This document shows, piece after piece, positions 17,625-26,517 of a DNA stretch of 64,000 nucleotides. Under the pieces are notes generated by a model that had not been told where the DNA came from, did no database searches, and was given only the letters and a program-made list of their open reading frames with translations. Position 1 is the first letter of the stretch; each line of letters starts with the position of its first letter. Both the position numbers and the translations under genes were made by a program. The stretch comes from Chloroflexota bacterium (GTDB lineage: Bacteria; Chloroflexota; Limnocylindria; QHBO01): contig JBBPIR010000001.1 of the NCBI GenBank assembly GCA_038040195.1, positions 489,141 through 553,140 of the forward strand. The letters are read 5' to 3'.

Positions 17625-18800
17625 TTAGCCTCGGCTCCCCAATCCCTGACCGATGTCGATGCTGCGCGCCAACCGGGCAGCCGCATTGGCCAGCAGGCGT
17701 TCGGTGTCGGCCATGGCGATTTCCAGGCCGAGTGGTCGATCGATGATGGGCTGCACCACGGCGAACGCCCCCGACTCCTCGACGATCTCGGCGCCTGGGC
17801 CCAGGCCGCCGCACAGCAGGACGACCGGGGCATTGCCGGCATGATGGGCCACCCCCAGCGCCGCCTTGCCGGCCAGGGTCTGCTCGTCGGCCCGCCCCTC
17901 CCCGGTGATGACCAGGTCCGCCCCCTCGCAGGCCGCCGCCAGGCCCACCAGGTCGGCCACGACCTCCACGCCGGAGCGCAGCTCGGCGGAGGTGAAGCCC
18001 AGCAGCCCGGCCGTTGTCCCGCCGGCCGCGCCGGCGCCTCGGACCTCCGCCACGTCGCGACCCGTCGCTCGTCGGATCTCGGCTCCCCAGCGCACCAGGG
18101 CCTCGTCCAGCTCGGCGACGGCGTCGGGGTCCGCGCCCTTCTGCGGCCCGTAGCTCGCGGCTGCGCCGTTCGGCCCGGTCAGGGGGTTGGTGACGTCGGA
18201 AGCGATCAGGATCTCGACCTCGGCCAGCCGCGGATCGAGCCCGTCGGCGTCGACGTGGTCCAACGTCGCCAGGGCCGCGCCGCCGTCCGGCACCTGGCCC
18301 CCGCGGGCGTCGAGCAGCCGGAGCCCCATCTCGACCAGCAGCCCCGCCCCGCCATCGGTGGTGGCCGATCCGCCAAGGCCAACCACGATCCGTCCCGTGC
18401 CGGCATCCAGCGCCGCCGCGATGAGCCGTCCCGACCCCCGGGTCGTGGCCAACCGAGCACTGGTCGACGTCCGCTCCGCCAAGGCCAGCCGCGCCAGCCC
18501 GCTGGCCGCCGCCATCTCCACGAACCCCGTTGCACCGCCGTCGAGCGCCAGCCAGTCCGCGCTGATCGGCCGGCCCAGGGGATCGGTCGTCATCACCGTG
18601 TTCCGGGTGGCCGCGCTTCCCCGAGCTGCGGCGATCGCGGCCAGGGTCCCCTCGCCCCCGTCCGCCATCGGGATCTTCACCACCACATCGTCGGGCCGCG
18701 CCGAGGCCCAGCCGCGGGCCATGGCCTCGGCGACCGCCACCGAGTCCAGCGCACCCCCGAACGAGTCGGGAGCCACGACCACGCGCAGCGGCGGGCTCAT
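17625..18800 (-). CDS. glycerate kinase (GlxK/GarK family)
   Basis: 391 aa; VVAPDSFGGAL N-terminus and Gly-rich GLGGSATTDGGAG motifs. Confidence 0.8.
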   Translation of the reverse strand: MSPPLRVVVAPDSFGGALDSVAVAEAMARGWASARPDDVVVKIPMADGGEGTLAAIAAARGSAATRNTVMTTDPLGRPISADWLALDGGATGFVEMAAASGLARLALAERTSTSARLATTRGSGRLIAAALDAGTGRIVVGLGGSATTDGGAGLLVEMGLRLLDARGGQVPDGGAALATLDHVDADGLDPRLAEVEILIASDVTNPLTGPNGAAASYGPQKGADPDAVAELDEALVRWGAEIRRATGRDVAEVRGAGAAGGTTAGLLGFTSAELRSGVEVVADLVGLAAACEGADLVITGEGRADEQTLAGKAALGVAHHAGNAPVVLLCGGLGPGAEIVEESGAFAVVQPIIDRPLGLEIAMADTERLLANAAARLARSIDIGQGLGSRG

Positions 18801-20707
18801 CGGGAAAGCTCCTTGCGCCTCGCGAGGTAGGCGGGGATCGTGTTCATCGGCGGTCGAATCTCGTCCCCCACCTCGCGGACCTCCAGGCTGAATTTGTCAC
18901 CTTCCTGGCGGATCTGCTTCATCCGCTCGCCCATGTCGGTCAGCAGCTCAATCCGCTGACGCTCCTCCAGCTTGGTGATCCCGGCCTTGAGGATGACAAA
19001 GGCCATCCGCGACAGGTCCAGCAGCGACTGGTTGCGATGGATGCGGCGCTCGAGGTCGACCTGCCCGATGCCGGACAGGCCGACGCGGTCCAGGATGTCG
19101 ATGAGCAGCCCGATCTCGACCGCGTAGCCGGTGAAGAACGGCACCGACTCGAGGAGCGCGCGACGCCCCGCGTACTCCCCGGCCAGGGGTTGGATGATGC
19201 CGGACAGCTCGGGGAAGAACAGGTTGATGAGCGGGCGAGCGGTCAGCTCTGTCACCCGTCCGCCCTCGTCGGGCTGGCGCCGCCCGCCAGCCGTCAGGGG
19301 CCGTTGGTAGAAGGCCTTCACGTAGTGGATCCGCGACTCGCGCAGGAGCGGGCCCAGCAGGCCGTACACGAAGCGAGGCTGGATGTTGCGGATGTCGGTG
19401 TCGACCCAGACCACGATGTCCCCGCGCAGCTCGTACAGGCTCTTCCACAGCGCTTCGCCCTTGCCGACGTGGCTCCCCAGCTCCGGGAGGATGGTGTCGT
19501 GCTGGCGGACGGGTGCCCCCAGCTCGCGGGCGATCTCCACCGTTCGGTCGGTGGAGGCCGAGTCGATGACGAGCAGCTCGTCCACCAACGGCACGCGGTC
19601 CATGAGCGCATCGCGAATGCGACGGATGACCAGCCCGATGGTCTTCTCTTCGTTCAGGGTCGGTAGTCCCACGCTGATGGTCAGGCCCTGGCGCTCCTTG
19701 AGGTCCACCAGGCGCTTGAGGTCGCGAAATTCGCTGGTGTCGAACGTGTTCTCGGCAAACCAGCGGTCGACCACGCTCGGCAGGCTGCGGGTCTGCTCGA
19801 TGGCGGCGTCCGCGGCGGGCAGGCTTCCGGTCTCGGCCCGGAGATGTTCGAAGGTGACTGCGGTGAACGGTTGTCGGGTCTTGACCACCATCACGGTTGG
19901 CTTGGCGCGGCTGGCGACTGTCTCCGCCAGCCGCCCGAACAGGCGCCGGCCCGATCCGGCTCCGGTCGGCTGGGCAGAGGCCCCGACCACAACCAGGTCG
20001 TGGTTCGCGGCCTCTTGCAGGATGGCGCCCCGAACGGTCGGCGCCTCCACCAGCAGCTGGCGGACCTTGACCCCTCGGGTATTACGCCTGACCAGGCGGC
20101 CAAGCGCCGCCCGCTCGTCCTCGAGCGCGGCCGAGCCACCCTCGGGCGGGACCACGTGCAGAACGACCAGCTCAGCGCCGAAGCCGCGCGCCAGGTCGGT
20201 GGCCAGCGAGAGCGCCAGCTCGGCATTCGGACCTCCCCGAACCGGGACCAGGATGGAGCGGACGGTTCCCAGTGCGCGCTGCTTGACCACGGCGATATCG
20301 CATGGGGCCTCACGGACGACCTGGTCAATGGTGGTCGAGAAGACCGCGTGCCGCAGGCCGGTCGGTTGGGGGCCGCCCCAGCCGAAGACCACCAGGTCGG
20401 CCCCGATCTCGGCCACCGCCTCCACGATCCCCTCCGACGCCTGGCGGCCGATGCGGACCGCGGTATGGACCTCGACCGACGCGTCGTCCCGGAAGTCAGG
20501 CACCCGCTGGAGCAGGCGGCGGGCCTGGCGCGCGCGGCTGGCGCCCTCCGCCAGCGACACGCCCTCGGGGACCTCGACGATGCCCAGCGCGGTGATCTCG
20601 GTGGGCCGCCGGTGGGCGAGGTGGGAACCGATGCGGATCAGGTCGCGCGCGGTGCGCGGGTTGGCCAGCGGCATGAGGACCCGATACGGACCACGCCGGC
20701 GGGCCAT
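18797..20707 (-). CDS. tandem universal stress protein (UspA) domains fused to glucosyl-3-phosphoglycerate synthase-like GT-A glycosyltransferase
   Basis: 636 aa; two USP-like halves (LVVFGWGG, LVVVGAS); C-terminal GT-A domain ISVGLPTLNEEKTI, LVIDSASTDRT, WVDTDIRN (DxD) resembling GpgS/MpgS; 4 nt overlaps with both neighbours. Confidence 0.55.
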   Translation of the reverse strand: MARRRGPYRVLMPLANPRTARDLIRIGSHLAHRRPTEITALGIVEVPEGVSLAEGASRARQARRLLQRVPDFRDDASVEVHTAVRIGRQASEGIVEAVAEIGADLVVFGWGGPQPTGLRHAVFSTTIDQVVREAPCDIAVVKQRALGTVRSILVPVRGGPNAELALSLATDLARGFGAELVVLHVVPPEGGSAALEDERAALGRLVRRNTRGVKVRQLLVEAPTVRGAILQEAANHDLVVVGASAQPTGAGSGRRLFGRLAETVASRAKPTVMVVKTRQPFTAVTFEHLRAETGSLPAADAAIEQTRSLPSVVDRWFAENTFDTSEFRDLKRLVDLKERQGLTISVGLPTLNEEKTIGLVIRRIRDALMDRVPLVDELLVIDSASTDRTVEIARELGAPVRQHDTILPELGSHVGKGEALWKSLYELRGDIVVWVDTDIRNIQPRFVYGLLGPLLRESRIHYVKAFYQRPLTAGGRRQPDEGGRVTELTARPLINLFFPELSGIIQPLAGEYAGRRALLESVPFFTGYAVEIGLLIDILDRVGLSGIGQVDLERRIHRNQSLLDLSRMAFVILKAGITKLEERQRIELLTDMGERMKQIRQEGDKFSLEVREVGDEIRPPMNTIPAYLARRKELSR

Positions 20708-21939
20708 CAGCCCGGCCCCCCGACCTTTCCCCCGGCCGACTGCGCCTGCCAGGCGCGGACCAGCCAGGGCTTGAGGTCCTCGAACTCGCGGGCCTGGCTC
20801 TCGACCAGCCGTTCGGCCTGCTCATCGGTCATCTCACGAGCCTCATTGAAGAAGCCCGCGGTACGCCCGAAGTACAGCCCGGTCAGGCCCGCCAGCAGCG
20901 CGTCGCGGTCGATGCCCGGCCGTTGAAAGGCGAGCAACGCGTCGTAGAGGCAGCGGATCCAGAGCTCCGAGGGGAAGGTGAAGGCCGCAGGGTCCTCGGC
21001 AGGCAGCGCCAGCACCCGTTCCAGCTGCTCCCCGGCCAGGGTCCGCTTCCACACCTGGCGCTGGGCCAGGCGCGCGGTCTCGAACGCGTCCACGAGCTTG
21101 GCCTGGTTGACCGTTATCGCCTCTGGCAGCACCACCCGCTCGAAGCCGTACTCGGGAACCGGCTGCGAGCCGCGGACCGGGAGCCACGCCTCGGACATCG
21201 AGCCAGCCAGCCGGAACAGGGTGCCGACCACCTGCCGGAACATGGGTCCCAGGTCAGAGGCGGGATCCTTGGGGTCGTGGATCTTGGCCCCCAGCCTGGT
21301 CTGGCACACCGCAAACCCGGCGGCCAGGGCGTGGTGAGTCATCCAGACGTCGATCCCGAACTTCGCCGTGGCCTCGTCCCAGTCGTCGAGTTCCAGCAGG
21401 GCGTTGACCAGGTCGCGGCTGAAGGCGAACTCGCCCCCGATCGGCTGGCGCATCCGCCGCCCATACAGGGTCCGCGTCAGGGGGTAGGCGATCTGGTTGG
21501 TGATGGTCCCGTCGAACTTGTGGCGCGCGTACAGAGGGGCCACGTAGTCGTAGCCGCCCTTCAGGATCGGACCCGCCAGCAGCTCTATCCACTCGGGCAC
21601 GATGCTCCGCAGGTCGGAGTCGACCAGCACCAGGGCCTCGACCTTCAGCTCGCGGGCGACCTCCAGCAGCGCCCGGACGGCGGACCCCTTGCCGCTCGGC
21701 CCGCGGTAGGTGACCGCGACCCGTCGCAGCCGATGCGGCGGCCGGACCAGGATCATCTTTTCGAGGTAGGCGGGGCTCTCCGTGCTGACCGCCACCCGTG
21801 GCGTGTCGTCGGGCGATCCCCCGTCGGCGTTGACCAGGACCGGCTTCAACTCCGGGAAGTACTGGACCATGCCGGCCATGGCGGCCCGGACGACGTAACC
21901 GATGGTGTCGGCGTTGCCGAAGCTGGGGATCCCGACCAT
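20707..21939 (-). CDS. GT-A fold glycosyltransferase (family 2-like), specificity unknown
   Basis: MVGIPSFGNADTIGYVV start typical of GT2, VLVDSDL (DxD); start at ATG 21939 uncertain, GTG 22008 possible. Confidence 0.5.
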   Translation of the reverse strand: MVGIPSFGNADTIGYVVRAAMAGMVQYFPELKPVLVNADGGSPDDTPRVAVSTESPAYLEKMILVRPPHRLRRVAVTYRGPSGKGSAVRALLEVARELKVEALVLVDSDLRSIVPEWIELLAGPILKGGYDYVAPLYARHKFDGTITNQIAYPLTRTLYGRRMRQPIGGEFAFSRDLVNALLELDDWDEATAKFGIDVWMTHHALAAGFAVCQTRLGAKIHDPKDPASDLGPMFRQVVGTLFRLAGSMSEAWLPVRGSQPVPEYGFERVVLPEAITVNQAKLVDAFETARLAQRQVWKRTLAGEQLERVLALPAEDPAAFTFPSELWIRCLYDALLAFQRPGIDRDALLAGLTGLYFGRTAGFFNEAREMTDEQAERLVESQAREFEDLKPWLVRAWQAQSAGGKVGGPG

Positions 21940-22004
21940 GAGGTCCGCCTGGCCGACCCCCCGCACTGCGGACCGACCGCGCGCATCGAGGGCGGAGGCG
22001 ACGC

Positions 22005-22703
22005 TCACCGGGTGATCTCGCGCTTCTTGCGTCCCTTCCAGAACAGGCCGGTCACGCCGGGGTGCCGGTCTGGGTCGATGGTGATGATGATCCAGTCCTC
22101 GTTCGACGTCCCGGGCCGGTAGCGCGAGTTGGCGTGCTTGGCCACCGCGCGGCTGAATCCGTTCTCCTGCCAGGCGTGGAACCACGACCGGAGTGGCATC
22201 TTGATCGAGGGCGTGACCCGCAGCCGAACACTCTCGCTGACCACCCCCGACAGGAGGCGGCGGCGCTCCTGGTACGGGTGCTCACCCAAGAACTGCCCGT
22301 CCAGCTCGATGAGGTCGACGACCACGAATGCGCGCCGCTTCTCCAGCTGCGCGGGATCGGGTCCGTCCTCGGGCAGATCGCCGGCCTCGTCGGCCAGCGC
22401 TTCGGACCAGCGTTCGGCCGCCGATCCGCGACCCAGGAACGGCTGTGCGGTCCAGATCCCGTCCAGCACCGCCTGGTCGGCGTCGACCGAGGTCCGCAGC
22501 ACCTCGGCCAGGTCGCCGTAGAACTCGTCGACGGCGTGTCCGCCGGCATCGGTCAGGCGAATTTCGCCGTCCGCGACGCGAGCCAGCAGCCGTTCCCCGA
22601 TCCAGTACGGCTCGAACGACCAATGCGGACTGTTGATTCCGACGCTCGCCTCGGTGGCGAGCTGGGGGCGGATCGGCTCGTCGCCCAAGGGCTGATCGGT
22701 CAT
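22005..22703 (-). CDS. ATP-dependent DNA ligase-domain-like protein, predicted catalytically inactive
   Basis: motif III FVVVDLIELDG, motif IV/V ENGFSRAVAKHANSRYRPGTSNEDWIII recognisable; motif I reads FEPYWIGER instead of EPKxDGxR. Confidence 0.45.
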   Translation of the reverse strand: MTDQPLGDEPIRPQLATEASVGINSPHWSFEPYWIGERLLARVADGEIRLTDAGGHAVDEFYGDLAEVLRTSVDADQAVLDGIWTAQPFLGRGSAAERWSEALADEAGDLPEDGPDPAQLEKRRAFVVVDLIELDGQFLGEHPYQERRRLLSGVVSESVRLRVTPSIKMPLRSWFHAWQENGFSRAVAKHANSRYRPGTSNEDWIIITIDPDRHPGVTGLFWKGRKKREITR

Positions 22704-23836
22704 CGGTACAGGCCCAGCTCCCCCTCTTCGACCTCCATGCCCACCTCGGACCGGATGGCCTGCCACGCGTCGAGATCCCACTCGGCGACGAACGTGATGG
22801 CCGTGCCGGCACGCCCCATTCGCGCCGTGCGACCCACCCGGTGGACGTAGGTGTCCGCGTCCTCGGGGATGTCGTAGCTCAGGACGTACGGCAGGTCGGT
22901 GATGTCCAGCCCGCGGCTGGCGACATTGGTGGCCACCAGGAACTGGATCTCCCCCGCCTTGAAAGCGGCCAGCGTCTTCTCCCGCTCCCGCTGGGACAGG
23001 CCGCCATGGAGGGCGGCCGCGTTCCTGCCCCGCCGCTTGAGCGAGGCGCTCAGCCGATCCACGCCGATCTGGGTATGGCGGAAGATGAGGAGCCGATCGA
23101 ACCCGAACCCATCGGCCAGCTCAATCAGGGCCGCCACTTTGTCCTGCTCGGCCACGAAGTAGACCATCTGGCGGACCGTTTCGACCAACTTCAGCTCGGG
23201 ACGGACCGCGATGTGGTCCGCGTCGCGGCGCATGAACCGATCGCAGATGCGGAGGATGGCGTACGGCATGGTGGCGCTGAACAGCGCCGTCTGGCGTTGG
23301 CGCGGGCAGCGGGCCAGGATCGTCTCCACGTCCACGATGAAGCCCATGTCCAACATCCGGTCGGCCTCGTCGAGGATCACGGTCCGCACCGATTCCAGGC
23401 GCAGCTCCCCTCGACGGATGAGGTCGAGAACGCGCCCCGGGGTGCCGATCACGACTTGCGCTCCGCGCTGGAGGGCGGTGATCTGGCGGTCCATGGCCGC
23501 TCCGCCGTAGATGGCCACCGTCTTGACGTTCCGGAAGCGCCCGATGCGGGCGATCTCGGCGGTGACCTGCTGGCACAGCTCCCGGGTGGGGGTCAGGATC
23601 AGGGCCTGGACCGATTTCGAGCCGGGGTCCACGTGCTCGACGATGGGGATCCCGAACGCGGCCGTCTTGCCCGTCCCGGTCTGGGCCTGACCGATGAGAT
23701 CGTGGCCCGCCCGGAGGGGCGGAATAGCCCGGGCCTGGACCTCGGTGGGCGTGACGTAGCCCATCTGCTCCAGGGCGCGGGCGATGGTGACCGGGACCTC
23801 GATGTCCCCGAACCGATACCCGGCCGCAGCGGCCAT
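22700..23836 (-). CDS. DEAD-box ATP-dependent RNA helicase
   Basis: Q motif, AQTGTGKT, PTRELC, DEAD, SAT, HRVGRTAR; start at ATG 23836 (track ORF extends to 23968 with Arg/Pro-rich leader). Confidence 0.8.
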   Translation of the reverse strand: MAAAAGYRFGDIEVPVTIARALEQMGYVTPTEVQARAIPPLRAGHDLIGQAQTGTGKTAAFGIPIVEHVDPGSKSVQALILTPTRELCQQVTAEIARIGRFRNVKTVAIYGGAAMDRQITALQRGAQVVIGTPGRVLDLIRRGELRLESVRTVILDEADRMLDMGFIVDVETILARCPRQRQTALFSATMPYAILRICDRFMRRDADHIAVRPELKLVETVRQMVYFVAEQDKVAALIELADGFGFDRLLIFRHTQIGVDRLSASLKRRGRNAAALHGGLSQREREKTLAAFKAGEIQFLVATNVASRGLDITDLPYVLSYDIPEDADTYVHRVGRTARMGRAGTAITFVAEWDLDAWQAIRSEVGMEVEEGELGLYR

Positions 23837-24070
23837 CACGGCCGCAGTCAGCGCGGAGAGGGGTTCGGCAGTCGGTTCGGCGGTGGGCTGGCGGCCGTCG
23901 GTGTGCGGCGGCGGGACCGGCGCGCGGCGACGCGTTCGGCGACGGGGCGTGGTCGGGGTTGGCGGCAAGCAGTGGCTCCGGCAGGTTGTTGATCGGTTGC
24001 TCGGATCGTAGCACGGGCGCTTCCCGCGCCTTGACGGCGGCCCATTACGCGTTGATACTGCGTCTCAGGT

Positions 24071-24817
24071 ATGACTCCCCTCCTGGTCGCCATGTCGGCC
24101 ACCGCTGTCCTGTCTGCCCTGGGCGGCGGGGTGATGGCGTTGCGGCTCGTCCGGCAGGTGGGCTACGTCATCGCGGTCGGGGCCGGGATCCGGATCGGAG
24201 CCGCGTTCTTCGACCTGCTACCCGAATCGGTGGAGTTGATGGCCGGTGCCACGAACTTGGCCATGTTATTCGCGGCGGTGGGCTTCCTCGCCTTCTACGT
24301 GATCGAGAAGGTGACGCTCCTGCACGTCGGCCACGAAACGGCGACCGAGCTCGACCACGACGACGCGGCCCACCGTCACGTGGGGCTCATCGGGGCCGGC
24401 GCGATGTCGGTCCACAGCCTTCTCGACGGGGTGGCCATGGCGGCCGCATTCCAGGCCAGCCCGGAGCTCGGCCTCGTCGTCAGCCTGGTCGTCGTCATCC
24501 ATCGGTTCAGCGACGGGATCGGCATCGTGAGCCTGCTGCTCGCCAGCCGCGTACCGCAATCATCGACCATGCGCTGGGTCTTCGTCGTGAGCCTGGCACC
24601 GGTGCTCGGGGCTGCGGTGACCGCGATCATCCCGATCCCTGATCCGATTCTGGGGGCCCTGCTGGCCACCTTCGCGGGCTTCTTCCTGTACGTCGGCGCT
24701 GCCGAGCTCTTACCCGAAGCTCACCGCAATGAAGGCTCGCGCTGGGTGATCGTGGCCACGCTGGTCGGCGTGGCGGCGATCATGGCCATGACCTGGGGGC
24801 TGGAAGCGCAACTGTGA
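24071..24817 (+). CDS. zupT: ZIP family zinc transporter
   Basis: 248 aa, 8 TM, HSLLDGVAMAAAF and HRFSDGIGI metal-binding helices. Confidence 0.75.
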   Translation: MTPLLVAMSATAVLSALGGGVMALRLVRQVGYVIAVGAGIRIGAAFFDLLPESVELMAGATNLAMLFAAVGFLAFYVIEKVTLLHVGHETATELDHDDAAHRHVGLIGAGAMSVHSLLDGVAMAAAFQASPELGLVVSLVVVIHRFSDGIGIVSLLLASRVPQSSTMRWVFVVSLAPVLGAAVTAIIPIPDPILGALLATFAGFFLYVGAAELLPEAHRNEGSRWVIVATLVGVAAIMAMTWGLEAQL

Positions 24818-25305
24818 GCGCAGCGACCGCGCGCCGGCTTCGGCTGGCAGGCCAACGCGTCACCACCCAACGGCTGGCCGTGGCCGCAGCACTGTCCTCT
24901 GCGCGCCACCAGGTCACAGCCCAGGAGCTATGGGAGCGGATGCGCCCCCGTCACCGCAACCTGGGCCGCGCGACCGTGTTCCGGACCCTGGAAGCGCTGA
25001 CCGAGGCCGGCCTGGCCCGACGGCTGGAGCGCGACGGCCACATTTACGCCTACGTCGCCTGCCGCCCGGCCCATCACCACCACCTGGCGTGCCGCGTCTG
25101 CGGCACGGTGGAGGAGGTCGGGGAGGAGCTGGTGGCCGAGATCAGCCGGCGCGCGCGACGCGAGCTGGGGTTCGAGATCGAGGACGCGAGGATGGACTTC
25201 TACGGCGTGTGCCGCCGATGCGCCGCCGAGGCGGCCGAGGCTCAGGCGGCGGCCGATGCATCCGCGGCCGCTGAGGTGGCCGAGACGGCTCCGCCTAGTA
25301 GCTGA
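24814..25305 (+). CDS. zur: Fur family transcriptional regulator (Zur-like)
   Basis: 163 aa; winged helix then HHHH and CRVCG...CRRC zinc sites; translationally coupled to zupT. Confidence 0.75.
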   Translation: MSAATARRLRLAGQRVTTQRLAVAAALSSARHQVTAQELWERMRPRHRNLGRATVFRTLEALTEAGLARRLERDGHIYAYVACRPAHHHHLACRVCGTVEEVGEELVAEISRRARRELGFEIEDARMDFYGVCRRCAAEAAEAQAAADASAAAEVAETAPPSS

Positions 25306-26404
25306 CCCGGGTCGAAACCCGCTCGACGGAAGCGGTCGGTCCGGCGTCCGCGGCCGCCACACCATCCGACGACTGGCCCGCACCTCCCCGCCCGTGATGG
25401 CGCGGGGCGCGCGGCTTGCGCTTGGCATAGCCGGTCGGATGGGACAGCTTCCAGGCCCAGGCATCGGCCAGCATCTGCTCCAGCGACGACTCCCGCGGCT
25501 GCCAGCCCAGGTCGCGGCGAGCCCGACGGGATGAGGCCACCAGCCGTGGCGGGTCGCCGAGCCGGCGCTTGACGACGCGGGCCGGGATCGCGCGGCCGGT
25601 CACCTTGCGGGCGGCCTCGATCACCTCGCGGACCGAGAACCCGGCCGCCGAGCCCAGGTTGTAGACCTCGAACGAGGGCTCCGCCTCGCCGGTTGCTTCC
25701 AGGGCCAGGAGGTGGGCCGTAGCCAGGTCGCGGACGTGGATGAAGTCGCGGATGCATGTCCCATCGGGTGTGTTGTAGTCCTGGCCGAAGATCCGCACGT
25801 CGGGCAACTCGCCAGCGGCCACCTTGAGCACCAGCGGGATGAGGTGGGTCTCGGGGTCGTGGTCCTCGCCGTTGCGCTCGGTGGCGCCGGCGCAGTTGAA
25901 GTAGCGCAGGCTGATGGCGCGGAAGCCATGGCAGGCGGCGTACCAGCGCATGGCGCCCTCGAAGGCCAGCTTCGTCTCGCCGTAGGGGTTGATCGGCTCG
26001 GTCCGGTCCGCCTCGGCGATTGGCACCCGCTTGGGCTCGCCATAGACCGCGGCCGTGGACGAGAACACGATCCGGTTCACGCGTCGCTCACGCAGGGCCT
26101 CGAGCAGCTTGACGCCGTTCGCCACGTTCTCGCGGTAATACAGCTCCGGCTTCTCCATCGACTCGCTGACCAGCGAGCGCGCGGCGCAATGAAGGACCGC
26201 CTGAATCCGATGCTCGCGCAGAACGCGCTCGACCCGGTTCTGGTCGCTCAGGCTGCCCACCACCAGGCGCACGTCGCGGATCACCGCATCGCGGTGCCCG
26301 AACTTCAGGTTGTCGTAAACGGTGACGTCGTGACCGGCGTCAATGAAGGTCTCGACGCTGGTCGAGCCCACGAAGCCGGCACCACCGACGACCAGGATCC
26401 GCAC
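25295..26404 (-). CDS. galE: UDP-glucose 4-epimerase
   Basis: MRILVVGGAGFVGS, YGETK catalytic motif, full-length SDR-extended fold. Confidence 0.8.
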   Translation of the reverse strand: MRILVVGGAGFVGSTSVETFIDAGHDVTVYDNLKFGHRDAVIRDVRLVVGSLSDQNRVERVLREHRIQAVLHCAARSLVSESMEKPELYYRENVANGVKLLEALRERRVNRIVFSSTAAVYGEPKRVPIAEADRTEPINPYGETKLAFEGAMRWYAACHGFRAISLRYFNCAGATERNGEDHDPETHLIPLVLKVAAGELPDVRIFGQDYNTPDGTCIRDFIHVRDLATAHLLALEATGEAEPSFEVYNLGSAAGFSVREVIEAARKVTGRAIPARVVKRRLGDPPRLVASSRRARRDLGWQPRESSLEQMLADAWAWKLSHPTGYAKRKPRAPRHHGRGGAGQSSDGVAAADAGPTASVERVSTRVSY

Positions 26405-26517
26405 GCGGCCAACCTAGCTGACAGACCGATGGACGGGCAGGGCAGCCCGTCGGGTACTGACGCTCATGCGGGGAAGGGCTCCTCCGATGGGTCCGGGTCG
26501 CCGATTGTAGCAGCGGG

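Noticed and set aside
16530-18830. 766-aa plus-strand ORF spanning nth and glycerate kinase regions
   Set aside because: Antisense shadow ORF with extreme Arg/Gly/Pro content. The sense genes on the minus strand have strong family signatures.
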